A model generated the notes under the pieces. It worked only from the letters and a program-made list of their open reading frames with translations, was not told the origin of the DNA and ran no database searches. Positions 51,211 through 64,000 of a DNA stretch of 64,000 bases are shown here, piece after piece. The stretch lies in contig NC_042998.1 in assembly GCF_006345805.1 (NCBI RefSeq), positions 160,456,001 through 160,520,000 of the forward strand, given 5' to 3'. How positions within the stretch are numbered: the first letter of the stretch is position 1; every line of letters begins with the position of its first letter. Source of the stretch: Octopus sinensis (lineage: Eukaryota). A program made the position numbers and the translations under genes.

Positions 51211-52952
51211 GTTCCCATCTTAGTGTGGTGCATTAGCTGCTGTTACTACTATTGTTGTTGTCTTTGTTGTTGTTGTTGCCAATGTTTACTTGATTGAGTG
51301 ATAGTTTGTTTGTTTTAAGTACAGGGGTGAAAGGTGAAAATATTAGAACATGCCCTGGTTTACAACTGCCAAGAAAAGATGTCTTCTAATGAGAGTAAGA
51401 CAATTCTTGTAAAAACAAAACAGCAAAAGCCAAACCAGCGACAGTTTACAAATTAGTTCTAAAAATGCATGAAAACAAATGCTTGCTTTCTTTCAGTTTA
51501 TTTTTATTTTGTGTGTGTGTGTGTAATTGCATTTATGTATGTGTGTGTATATTCACATAAACAGACATACACATATATAAACACACGAGTAACGAAGGCA
51601 AGACTGTATGTATGTATGTATGTATTTAAGCTTCCCTGTTCTGTGTGTAACTATGTATATGTATTATATGTATATTTGTTTGTTTTGGAATACTTAAACA
51701 TACATTTGAAAATGTATATGTTTATTTGTTTCTCTCTGTATATTGTGTGTATGTGATTGTGCTTGGGTTAGATAAACCTAACTTGTGAGATATGCTCATG
51801 AAAGTCATAAGAACTGGTTATTCTTAACTGGAAAATAGTTTGGGTAAGTTCAATTCAAAGAGTGAGTACTAAGAAGGTGTATTGGTTTACTATTTTATGA
51901 ATTTTAAAACTGTTTCCCTTAAGGGCCAGTTCTTCTTTGGTCAAAGAAGAGAATTAGATATTAGTTTAAAGACACAAGATATTTGATATCTTCATGAATT
52001 CAAGTTGTCAAAAATGATTAAGTGTTTTGTATTTGAACTCTGGTTGACCCTAGAGTGTTGTCTCTGAGGAAAGTTTTAAGAATTCTAAATTTAATTTTAA
52101 AATATTAATCAATACTTTTAAAATTGACACACATGTTTGAGAAATTGCAGAGTATGAAAAGTACAGATTAATAAATTTTTTCTTTTTTAATTTAAATTTC
52201 AAGAATATCAGACAATCATTTGTCTTTTTTTCTCTCGTTAAAGATCTATCTAGCCAGTTTTTAAAAACAATGATAAAGTGTTAGATTCTCACCCTAAAAT
52301 CTAATTAGATCAGTATGAACACTGTTCTTTTGACAGACCACATCTAAGACCTAATTGTGTTTGTTTAAATTTATAATCTACAATACAAAATAACAAAGTA
52401 GTTCTGCTTTGTCATTTGTCCAGAGAGATTAGTTTAGTAGTCACATAACTATATCAACTGCAACACAATTATTACTACTAAGCTCATAGTCAAGTCATCA
52501 GCAAAATTTTATATTAACGAATACAGACTTAGTTTACTGCTTTTAATTCCATTGATAGTATCAGATCATAAAAGAAGAAACAAATTTTGACATTAGATGT
52601 ATTACACAACAGATAGACTAATAACAACATGCTGGGGCATTGATTCTGCAGTTTATACTAGAAATTATTTTGAAAAATAAAATTGTATAAACATTTACTC
52701 TCAGTTTATCTCAACATTAAAATTTTAGTTGTCCTTTAATTATCCTCTGTATATATTTACTTTTATTTTCTGCATTAACCCTTTTGTTACCATATTTCTC
52801 TTGATATACACTGCTTTTGTTTCAAGTGATTTTGAAAGCAAAGAAGTATTTAGTAAAATAATTTTGTTATTATTCAGCTGGTGTTTAGAACATGAATTAA
52901 CATGAAATTTGAATGGAAAATATAAATATATGTATATATTCATTAATGTTCT

Positions 52953-53051
52953 GCAAAAGTAACAGAGTGACTCAAAGTCCAAAAGTTTCATGCATTAGCC
53001 CTTAGCCAATGCACGAAACTCTCAGACCTTGAGTCACACTGTTATTTCTGC
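52953..53051. repeat. 99-nt hairpin (47-bp stem, 5-nt loop)
   Basis: Pairing checked base by base on the plus strand: 38 Watson-Crick, 7 A.C, 1 G.T, 1 A.A. Confidence 0.92.
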
Positions 53052-53934
53052 TAAATATTAATATCTCTTGCTCTATCTATCTATCTGTCTGTGTGTGTGT
53101 GTGTGTGTACATATAATCAAAATAAGCAAAAAGGATATTGAAATATTAATTGGTTCATTAAGGGACAGTACTTTTAAGTTTAAGGAGCAAAAAAAATGAG
53201 ATTGTTGAAAGTTCATGCCTTTCTTCTTCTTGAGTTTTTCATCGTTCTGATAGGTTGTGTTGTACATTAAAATCTACCGACCCAGAACAATTGTTAATGC
53301 AGCTGTACATTAAACTTCTATTTAGCACCATGACATCGGGCTGCATAGAAGAAACAACAAGAATAGCCTCTATAATATTAAATGTTTCACAGTGTTAGCT
53401 ATCTTTAGGAAAAAAAAAATATCCAATGAAAAAGATTTAAAAACAAAATTAAATAGAAAAGCAAATAATAATGTATATAAACGTTTTTGTTTTAGGTCAC
53501 TAAATGTAGAAATGAAAGATTGAAAATGAAAAGAAAAAAAATAGGGTATTGAATTTTAACATAAAAATTCTAATTTTTACATTTTTACTTCTATAGTTCT
53601 TTTTAAAAGATTTTGTTGATGTACAAAAACCAAAAGAACCAAAAAGCCCCCACCAAAAAGAAAAACAAAAACTAAAAATATGCTGATTAATTTTTGAGAA
53701 ATTTTAACTAGCTCAGTAGAAGGTGAGTTTTGATGGATGGGTAGAATCTGAAAGACCAACATAAATTTGGTTAGATGTTGAAATATGTTAAAAGACTATG
53801 CAGTCTGTCAAATATTCAGCTAAAATAAGGGAAAAGTATCACTAGTTTAGAAAGAGTTGAGCAGTTAGGTTCATCTTGGATTACATCACCTCTAAAACAG
53901 CACATAAATTGTCTTTAAAAAAACAGAAATAAAC

Positions 53935-54165
53935 ATAAGCATAAGCCAAAATGAGCTTCTACATGGTTGTTCTACTTAGAAGAAATAACTGCTAGCTCTA
54001 CCTCAAATCATGTTTTAAAAAGGAAAAGACACATTGGATAATGTAATTCTTGACATTTTATGCCTGAAAAACCTGGTATAATATTTACAGCGAGAATCAC
54101 TTTGTTCATGTGTCTGTTCAGGGATGACAATAATAAGCCATCAAGGGAGCCTTTACACGATAGCC
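53935..54165 (+). mobile_element. Unclassified interspersed repeat (copies at about 20740-20965, 22930-23115, 27960-28080, 40665-40860, 44445-44645, 56780-57010, 58820-58980)
   Basis: Shared motifs CTAGAAA(C/T)A(G/A)C(T/A)GC..CCTCAAATCAC..GGA(C/T)A(C/A)TG..TGG(C/T)TGGAATG..ATCATAGGTCTG..AAACAAC in both orientations. Confidence 0.7.
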
Positions 54166-56663
54166 TGACCTGTGAGAATTAGCAGCCAATTCTCCTGCAA
54201 ATTATACTCTACCGTCTTAACAAACAAAGAGAGAGAGAGAGGAGAGAGAGAGAGTGAGTGAGTGTGAAGAAAAAACATCAGATAATATGGTATGGGATGG
54301 AATGGCTGGAACACTGGAACACCTTTGATTTTCAGTTTGCTCAATCAGGATAGATCATTGCCAACAACAACAACAGTAACTACACCCATAATGTATTCTG
54401 TGTGCAAGATGTCTGTTGTTTTGTGAAATAGTTGGTATTTTGTAGCCACAGCTGTAATAATGATTTCAAATTTTGGCATGAGGCCAGTAGTTTTTGAGGA
54501 AGGGATAATTCAATTACATTGACCCCAGTGTTCAACTGGTACTTATTTTCTCAACCCTGAGAGGAGAAAGGCAAAGTTGGCCTTGGCAGAATTTGAACTC
54601 AAAACTTAGAGATGGATGAAATACCAACTTGCTGCCTTAGCTACAGTTGTAATAGCTGCAATAGTAGGATGTTTATTGTATCAAAATGACCTATCAAAGA
54701 CAAACTTTATTTGTGGTACTCTTTTACTGTATTTTGGGGCATATATAATGTACCTTTATATTGAAGGTAAAGTTTTGGTCGAGAAAAAAAAGTCATGTTT
54801 GAAAACTTTTCCTAAAATAGAAATTCAATTTCATACTTTAAAATGAAGGCATGTTCGGTCTCCCATGCTGTTTATGGATTTCTGGAGTTTGGAATCATTT
54901 CTTAATCACTAGCCACTATGGCATTATTTTTTTTTCTTCCATGAATTCTACACCCATATGTAGAAAGGCCCCCCTTTGGTCATGAATAACCATGGGGTTG
55001 ATTGCACCTAGAAAGTTACCCTCTGGTGCACAAATCTGGGCTAGGTTGTTTATGGAAGACCAGCCACTAATGTTATCCAAGGGAAAGGCAAAGACCAATA
55101 TAGCTTGGCACCAGTGACATCACAACTCATTTCAACAAATGAGTGAACTAGAGCAGTGGTGAAATAAAATGTTTCAAAACATCTTAATTTCATTAAGCAT
55201 ATAAGTCCTAGTATACCAGTAAAGATGTGGCTGTGTGGTAAGAAGGTTGCTTCCCAACCACATGATTCTCAGTTCAATTCCATTGCAGTGAATCTTGGGC
55301 AAATATCTTCTACTATAGTCTCAGGCTAATCAAAGCTTTGTAAGTGGATTTGGTAGACAGAAACTGAAAGAATCCTATCATGTGTGTTTTTCTGTTTGTT
55401 TTTCTCCCTCACCTCCACTTGACAAAATGTTTTGGTCTGTTTATGTTCCTGTAATTTAACAGTTTAACCTAAGAGACTAATAGAATAAGAGTTTAAAATA
55501 AAGTACTGAAGCTGGTTTGTTTGACTAAAACCCTTCAAGGTGGTGCCACAGCATGGCCACAGTTTAATGACTGAAAGAAATAAAAAAAAAAGGAAAGATA
55601 AAAGATACCAATTTGTCTGCCCCATTTTCAATCCTCACAGCTGTCCAACCTACATGAGAAACACTGGCTAAGTTATCTTTTGACATTAAAGGAAGCAACT
55701 TGGCAGACTGCATGTGCATGCACACACACAAACAGATTTACATATGCTGATTTCTACTCAGAACCTCCAGTTAGTGTCTAAGACCCTTACCTATGATGCT
55801 ACACTGTGGAATCAAATATAGAATTATATGGTTGGGAAGCAAACTTCTAACTTGCAAAACTATGCCTCCCCTCTTCATCTGACAATCATGAAGAACAGAA
55901 GATATTTCAATACATATCCAAGTTGCATATTTCTTTTGATAAACATGAGAAAACAATAGCAACATGTATAAAGATGTTTACTACATTTAATCCATAATTG
56001 ATCTCAGTACATTATTGATATTTGATATTCAATATTTCAGTACCAAGAGATGTAGTGCTAGTTACAAGGTACCAAAATTCAGTTACTAAGCAAGCACCTT
56101 ACACAACCCCATCTATTCATTATCAATGCTGCAGCTTAAACCTTTCTCACTTTTTCTTCTTTGTTATCATTTTTACTGATCAGGTATTGTATATTTGTAA
56201 CATGTCAGTAATTGAAAAGGAGACAGGTGCAAAATTAGGGAGACCAGCCAGCGTGTGTGATGTAAGTAGGGAGAGAAGTGAAATATCTTACCAGTATCTT
56301 ATCTGCCCTGTGTGTGGGTGTGTGAGAGAGAGAGACAGAAAATGATCTGTTGAAGAAATATCTGTTTCCTAAATCTATATGTCGGATGTAATTGAACAAA
56401 CGAGCACACACAAGCCAGATAGGAGTGTGTGTATGTTTGTTGTAAGTGTGAATGTGTGTGCAAACACAGACATACAATCCTATAAGGTACATGTCGTCTG
56501 TGTGTGTGTATACACACACCTACGCACATATATATATAGATACATGCACACACATGACATTTAATTAGTGTTAGTGAAATGTGACTTGCATCACAATATT
56601 TTGTGTGAGTTTCCAAGAGATTGTATGTATGTGTGTGAGTGAATGTGAGAGTGGGGGGAAGGG

Positions 56664-56715
<52 letters not shown>

Positions 56716-57200
56716 CAGGGTATGACACTAGCTTCTTTCATTAGCAAGACTGGGACTGTCTTTCTTTTCAACACCTCCAACTGTCCCAACTGGGTTATCT
56801 GTCTCTATGTAGTCACTCAAGCTGCTAGAAATAGCAACCATGTCACTCTTAAATCAAACATCCTCCTGTCTTAAATAAGAAAGTGGGGAGGCTTGAGATG
56901 ATGTTTTTCTCCTATATATACCTAAAAATACAGGATGGTCATGGCTGGAATGGTTTTTGGTTATAGATCAACTCAATCAAGGTTGATCTAGGACCTTAAA
57001 CATCAACAACTAGGTTATCTCTACATTTTAGGTGGTGGTGGTGGGTTGGTGAGGGGGATTGCAAAGAAAAAGAGTCATGGGCTCTTTCAAAAAGATTATG
57101 GGCTGGGGTGGGGGGTGAGATGGAGGAGTGGTGTCATGAAATGACATGTAAAGAAATAAAATAAAATCAAAGCAAAAATTTCAGAAGCTAGGACAGGACC

Positions 57201-57237
<37 letters not shown>

Positions 57238-57539
57238 CATAGAAAAAAAGCAAGAGAGGCTTGAGGGTCACTGAATGTGTGATTATATGTGTTCTAAGTA
57301 CAGTCTTGGTATATGGCAGGGTGGAAAGATGGGGGAGGGAAGTATTGCTGGAGTCAGAAGAAGGAGGATAGTTTTTGTGAAGAACCAGTCTGTTGAAGAG
57401 AGGAAATGCTTGAACAGAGAGCAATGTGTTTGTGCTGTTGTCTCCAAGGAAGTTATCTTTTCATGACAACAGATGTTGTGCTAAAAGGATAGGAGGAACT
57501 TAAGACTTTCTAAAATGTCCTTCCTCACCGTTTGACACA

Positions 57540-57660
57540 TAACTGTGCTCATGCACGCACGCACACACATACATATATACTTGTTTACATATACATATAT
57601 GCACGTACATATTTATTCATGTGTCTATATATATATATGTGTGTGTGTGTGTGTATGTAT

Positions 57661-57732
<72 letters not shown>

Positions 57733-57848
57733 GTATATATGTATATATATATAAAGGTATGTATGTGTGTGTATATATGTATATATATATAAAGATATGT
57801 ATGTGTGTGTGTATATATATATACATATATATATACACACATATATAT

Positions 57849-57887
<39 letters not shown>

Positions 57888-57900
57888 AACACATACATGT
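57540..57900. repeat. Compound (TA)/(CA)/(GT) microsatellite
   Basis: Directly visible. Source of the Ile/Tyr ORFs. Confidence 0.95.
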
Positions 57901-58529
57901 ACATATTTACAGTTAAGCCAGTGTACGTGTCCACATGCATATACACACACAACACGTATTTACAGTCATGCATGTCCATGTACACACACATACACACACA
58001 TACACAATATGTTGTTTAACACTTTCCTGTGACATTTTCACACATCTGTTTCAGTTATCAACCTCAGTTGACCCACCCACCAAACTCCATCTCCACCAAC
58101 ACCAACACCCCTGTGCCTGGTCCAATTCCACATCAGTGTCTTCAGAAAGTACTGGGATGGGGGTGGAGTGAGTAAGGTGAGGGTGGATGAAAGGAAGTGG
58201 AAGAAATGACAGTGGGGTAGGGAGAGGCCATGGGTTTTTTTGTTTTTTTTTGGTGAGGACAGCTAGTTTTAAACTCTTCGTGACAGAAGTGGCTTGTTAT
58301 TACCATTGCAAAAATAAAAAAGAAAACCTCATTGGTATCTAATGTCAAATTCCTACCATTTGATATCTTAAAACAAGGGATGTTTGTGTGACCTGAAAAA
58401 CAGATTTTTTTTTTAGAAAAAAGAAAAAATGTGGGGAGGCTGGAGAGAATTAGCTGAGAAAATTCAATTTACCAACAAAATTGTCTTGTCCTATCTGTCT
58501 TTCTATCTATTTCTATTGATCTCTCTCCC

Positions 58530-58588
<59 letters not shown>

Positions 58589-59984
58589 CAGGTCAGTTGG
58601 TGTAATAGAATCCATGTGTTTACCTTGTTAAGCATTTCTGCCAACAGCAGCTAACTGAAAATCAGATGTAGGGAATCTCCTCATGGAACTGCCTTTCCAA
58701 TAATCTAAAACTTCACAAGTTACTTATTCACCATAAATATATATACTTGGCTGTCCATCCATCCATCTTTCCATTCACACATTCATCGATTCAATTGCCA
58801 TTATTGTTTGTCTTATTATTTAGCATTATTTCATCCCTAATAGAACAGATCTTTGATCACAGGTATTTGAGCTGTAACCTTCCCATTTTGTTAGGTAGCT
58901 ACTTAAACAACATTATCTAATGTACTTTATCCTTATCTAAGACAATAAGGTATGGTATGAGTTTCAAGGAGAATCCTTGGCAAAGGATAATGGAAGTTAC
59001 TAGTTCCATCTTTGAACAGAAAGTGAATCAGATTTTCTGAAAATCCTTGAAACTTCACCTATGGAACTGCTGACATTATCTTTTACTTAGGATTTCATTA
59101 ACTCCTTCATCACCAATCACATTTATCTTTCACTCTGAGCATGCTTTGGTTTCTTGAAGAACTGGTAACTACTAATATTCTTAATTAAAGATATTGTATA
59201 TTCTATAGAAATGCAGAATATCCTCATTTGAGGATATTCTACATTTCTATATTTTCTTATTTCTCTCTCTCTCTGATGACAGTATACTTAGCTTACCTGA
59301 AATTCTTTACTTGATAACATATGATCTACCTGCTTAGCTATTCTAGAAACAGCTGTAACATATTTTACATAATTATTATAACTACCCTGCACTATGTTTA
59401 TATGATTACTTAAATGTTCTAGAATGATGCCAAATGTTTTGCTCATTCATTATCTGTTTTGATATGTGTGTATGTGTTTATATCTTCCAACCCATGCCAG
59501 ATATGGAAAGCGGACGCTAAACGATGATGATGATGATGATGATCTTGTATCTTGTGTGTACAATTAGATGTATGACTGCTACTGTTTTAGTTTAGAGCTC
59601 CTCAGATTTACCACCATCCAGTCTGCTTCAAGTACAATGGATTGGCGGGTACTGTACTTATGTACTGTACTGGTTATGAGCAAATGATAGGGGAAGTTAT
59701 GATAAACATTTGTTTATATCATTTGTTCCTGTATACATTCCACTATTGTGATCAAGCATCCAATTGCACATGGGACATCCAATGTTGTCATTCCAAACAA
59801 CCACATCAGTGAAACATTTGTTGGGAACAAATTATGTAAATTAGTGTTTATCATAATTTCTCATATAACAGAGTGCTTGACCACAAAGTTCATATAGGCA
59901 CGACATTTTATTGTATATATTTTATGTACTTATGTATGTGTATTTAATGCATGTGTACACAGACACATACATGCATACATACAT

Positions 59985-60190
59985 GTAGTTCAAATTTACA
60001 GAAAGCAAAAGATGAAGTCAGGTGAAGGAATAACAAGTTTGACACTCAGGAAGAATGAAAAAGTTTTTTGTTATTTCAAGCCTACACTCTTCAATAGAAA
60101 GGATTGAGAGGTAAAAATATGGGAAGCGAATGACAAAAATGGAGAGAGAAAAAAAATGTGTTAGGATTAACAGTTCAACATGATGAAATG
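59985..60190 (-). mobile_element. Decayed Penelope pLTR-type fragment with eroded hammerhead motif
   Basis: Minus 60097-60070 reads CUAUUGA-A-GAGU-GUAG-GCUU-GAAA-UAAC, the same layout as the 14313 motif but with the core degraded. Confidence 0.5.
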
Positions 60191-60206
60191 ACCAGAAAAA
60201 AGAGAC

Positions 60207-60237
<31 letters not shown>

Positions 60238-60261
60238 ATATAAATTGACTATATACATATG

Positions 60262-60835
60262 GATGAGGACATGACCTTCAAGCATTGGGCCTCATAGAGG
60301 CAATGACAGGAGACCAAAACCTTTGGAGATATGCTGTGATTGAGAAGACCTGGCAACTAAAGTGAGATCACATCCATGGTCGATGCCAGTGCTGCATGTC
60401 TGGCCCATTTAAGAGTACCCTTGATGTGTCAGGTGATATGATATGCTTGAGAAGACCTGTTGAGTCAAGTAAAACCAAAATCCTAGCTGTGACCAGTGCA
60501 CCCTGACTAGCTCCCATGCTGGTGGCATGTAAATACACTATCGAAATGTGGTTGATGCCAGGTCCGCCTGACTGCCCCCTCCCCCTGCTGGTGGCATGTA
60601 AAAAGCACCATCTGAATGTGGCCGCTGCCAGTACCTCCTGACTGGCTCCCATTCTAGTGGCACATAAAAAGTAACCACATTTTTGGAGTGGTTGGCGTTA
60701 GGAAGGTCATCCAGCTATAGAAACATTGCCAGATTAGATTGGAGCCTGATGCAGCTGCTGGCTCTCCAGACCTCAGTCAAACCATCCAACCCATGCCAGC
60801 ATGGAAAATGGACATTAAACGATGATGATGATGAT
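60262..60835 (+). mobile_element. 5'-truncated RTE copy (last RT codons, 3' UTR, (GAT)n)
   Basis: DLQALGLIEAMTGDQNLWRYAVIEKT matches DLRTLGLTEEMTRDRDLWKCAVREKT of the 1-1182 copy. Ends GGACATTAAACGATGATGATGATG. Confidence 0.85.
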
Positions 60836-61382
60836 ATATATATGTCAACAGGTGATGTGAGTTCAAGTTCTAGGGGTTGCCTTCATCTTTTTCTATCCAA
60901 ATATCTCCTCAATATTTATATGCTACTTTTTTATAGCTTTATATGTTCTTCAAGATCTGTTCTAAAAAAGAATTTTACATATATGTAACCATATATGTAT
61001 ATATTGCAATTTATATATCTTTCTTTTAGCTTTTACTTATTTTAGTCATTAGATTGCAGTCATGCTGGGGCATTGCCTTGAAGAATTTCTAACCAAATGA
61101 ATTGACTCTAGTGCTTATTTTTTTTTAAGCCTGGTACTTATTCTGCTAGTCTATTTTGCCAAACCACTAAGTTACAGAGAGATAAAAACACCAACACAAG
61201 TTGCCAAATGTTGGTGGGGGGAAAACACTGACAAAAATACACATTCAGACACACACACACTTGCAATGGGTTTCTTTCAGTTTCCATCTACCAAACATAA
61301 GGTGCCATGCAGTGAGACTGAACCTGAAATCATATGGCTAGGAAGCAAGCTTCTTACTACAGGGTCATGCCTGCACTTATAT

Positions 61383-61427
<45 letters not shown>

Positions 61428-61454
61428 CAAAGTAAGCATATAAATATGAAACAT

Positions 61455-61660
61455 GGTAGGAAATAATAGTGGTCGAATACCGGAGGTAGAGTAATATGCT
61501 GCATTATTATTAAAGCTGCAAAAACATCACAAAAATATCATAATAAACTGCTACTCAGAGTTTCACATTCCCATTCCTGCTGAACGTGAACGTGAATCTC
61601 TGAGTAGCAGTTTATACTGATATTTTTGAGATGTTTTTGCAGCTTTGATGATAATAATAA
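61455..61660. mobile_element. PLE-type terminal fragment forming a fold-back with ~65-bp arms
   Basis: AAAGCTGCAAAAACATC..AAACTGCTACTCAGAG (61512-61560) is inverted at 61598-61646. A single-armed relative (CGAATACCGGA.GTAGA.TAATATGCT) occurs at about 9850-9905. Confidence 0.75.
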
Positions 61661-61665
61661 AGTGT

Positions 61666-61716
<51 letters not shown>

Positions 61717-64000
61717 TGTATATATATATATTTATATATGTATATATACTATGTAAGAAGCCCATGAGGTGGTGGTGGTGGTGCTTGTTGTTCATTCATT
61801 ATATACACTTATATACACTTATGTAAATCAAGTCATTAATCTGTTTATCTATTTCTAGAGAACAGGAAAGTGGTTTAATCCCCTCTTGCAAGTGATGTAA
61901 TATTCTCTTTCCATTAATGTTGATTTGGGATTCAATGTATACTCCTCCCTTTATTCAAAATATGTTTGAAGCATCGACTGTGAGAAGAACCTTCTTCTGT
62001 CTAAACTTTGATTTTGCTATCATTCATTGAAAGCTCTGATGTTACATGCAGTTTCTCCCATCTCCCCTTTGATATTCTTTAGACTACATTCTGAAAAAGA
62101 ACATGGTCTTAAGCTAGAGCAGTTGAAATCCTATTTTTTGAAGTTGGTTAATATAAAATGGAGAAAGAAAAGTATGATAAAATAAATTACAAGTCATAAT
62201 AATTTAAGTCTAAGACTGTTTAACATAAAATAGAAACCAATTCTCAAGCATCACTCCTAGCTGCAGAAAAATCAATAGTTGTTTGCTTGAAATTCTGAAA
62301 CATAATTTGTCATGTCTCTTTTAATATTTCCTAATGTCTTGAAAAAAAAGAGAAAGAAAGAAAGAAAAATGTTAAGAGTCTTTTGCAGAGAGGCAAAAAA
62401 AAAAAAAACGAAAGAAGAATTGGGGGAATATTGAGGAAAGAAACTCCCTAAATAATTATAGGTATGAGTATATAAAAGTTGGAGTGCTGTTGTTCTGTCT
62501 TTAAGTGATTTCAAATTAGTCTGGTTAAGAAAAGTGGTGGGGGACCAGTTAAAATGAAAATTTAAGGAATATTTTAATTTGTGTCTAAATCATATTAGAT
62601 GTGCAGCATTCATTTACGAGAAGAGTTGATTACAAGAGAACTTTTGGCTAATATGTGCTAGCATGGCTGTGTGGTATAAAGCTTGCTTCCCAACCACATG
62701 GTTCCTGGTTCATTCCAACTGTTTGGCATCTTGGGCAAGGTCTTCTGCTATCACCTCAAGTCAACCAAAGCCTTGTGAGTGGATTTGGTTGATAGAAAAT
62801 GAAAAAAAAATTGTATATATGCATATATGTGTGTGTTTGTCTTTGTGTCCATGTCCCCCCCCCCTCTCCCAAATGGCAACCAGTGCCGGTGTGTTTATGT
62901 CCCTTTAACTTAGCGATTTGGCAAAATAGACTAATAGAATAAATACCAGTCTTTAAAAAACAAGCCCTGGAGTTGATACATTTGATTAAAATTCTTCAAG
63001 GTGGTGCCCCAGCATGGCCACAGTCCAATAACTGAAACAAATAAAAGATAAAGAAAAAAAAAGAAAATAGATTATAAATGTATGTTAGGGTGGAAAAGTA
63101 TCATAAGTTTGATGATGGAGGGTATTTGCTGTAGATCAAAGAAGCTACAAAGTTGATATGAAGAAAGACCATTGTTACACACCCATTCAATTCATGACAA
63201 GGCTGGGATGGTGCAGGGGAACAAACAGTAAAATGTATATTAGTTAGAAATGACGTTTGAGCTGTTAAACAATTAACCTTAGAGTACAAAAAACAACAAC
63301 CCCAAAACAAGATAAGAGGAATTATTCTGTCTTGTTGTATAAGGGTTTACACAGCACTGGAAACTAGTCAACATAGTGGTTATAAGAATGTTTTCTTTTA
63401 TTTACATATCATTTGCAAGTTCATTCAAAGAATTCTTGCTTTCAAAGACAGATTATTTGTAATATTATAACATAGAGACTGCTATTTGGTGACATAGTAA
63501 GTTGATAAAACAAATGATATACAGAAGAGCTTGCTGAAGAGAAGAAAGACTTCTGTTGTTTATCTGAAGATAACAAACTGCACATTTCCAATTATTGTGC
63601 CTTTCTTTATTACTATCAATGTTCTGCTACAATTTGTACGTATGATATTTTTCTTCATCCATCTTTTTGAGATTGATAAAATAAAATACCAGTCGAGAAC
63701 TGGTGTTATTAATATTGACTAATCTCCTTCTTTCAAAAATTGCTGGTCTTGTGCTTGAATTAAAAACACTTGCTATTGTTAAAGTACAGATATAAAATGA
63801 ATTTTAAAATATTTAGTATAAATCAGAAGTATCTAATTAGCAACTTCTGTTGTTAGGATATTAATTTTTATTTAAATTCAAGGTTCCTTTACTTTTAGAA
63901 CTAGCTTAGCTTTTAATCTTTATCTTGACACCCACTTTTATACACTTCTATCTTTTATACATTTTTCCCATACAAACCTATTTCTGAAGTCATCCCTTTT

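Noticed and set aside
53711-53728. Possible micro-exon before AAG|GTGAGT (and a 16-nt minus-strand candidate at about 56292-56307)
   Set aside because: Motif-only evidence; cannot be distinguished from chance without junction reads.

Overview
Eukaryotic, AT-rich, repeat-dense non-coding DNA. The repeat families (several tRNA-headed SINEs, RTE LINE 3' ends with (GAT)n tails, TTAA MITEs, long compound microsatellites) resemble coleoid cephalopod (Octopus-like) intergenic or intronic sequence; that assignment is inferred from recognising the families. I could not identify any host protein-coding gene, rRNA, true tRNA or CRISPR array. The long ORFs in the track are microsatellite read-through (His/Thr, Cys/Val, Ile/Tyr runs) or transposon remnants. 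Supportable content: RTE, RLE-type and Penelope-like (PLE) retroelement fragments, a decayed but near full-length FLYWCH-MULE transposase, Tc1/mariner-, hAT- and piggyBac-type MITEs, and dozens of SINE copies. The most interesting signals are: (i) PLE-type minimal hammerhead ribozyme motifs and fold-back palindromes that appear to pivot on the hammerhead stem II; (ii) a 47-bp hairpin whose mismatches are almost all G.U on one strand; (iii) a ~295-bp palindrome with a perfect 92-bp arm match carrying consensus splice donors on both strands; (iv) a perfect 55-bp inverted copy shared by two otherwise decayed SINE heads; (v) a CTCF-like motif inside a young Tc1 MITE. Roughly 14.5-17.7 kb looks like poorly polished assembly. 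All translations, pairings and counts were done by eye.
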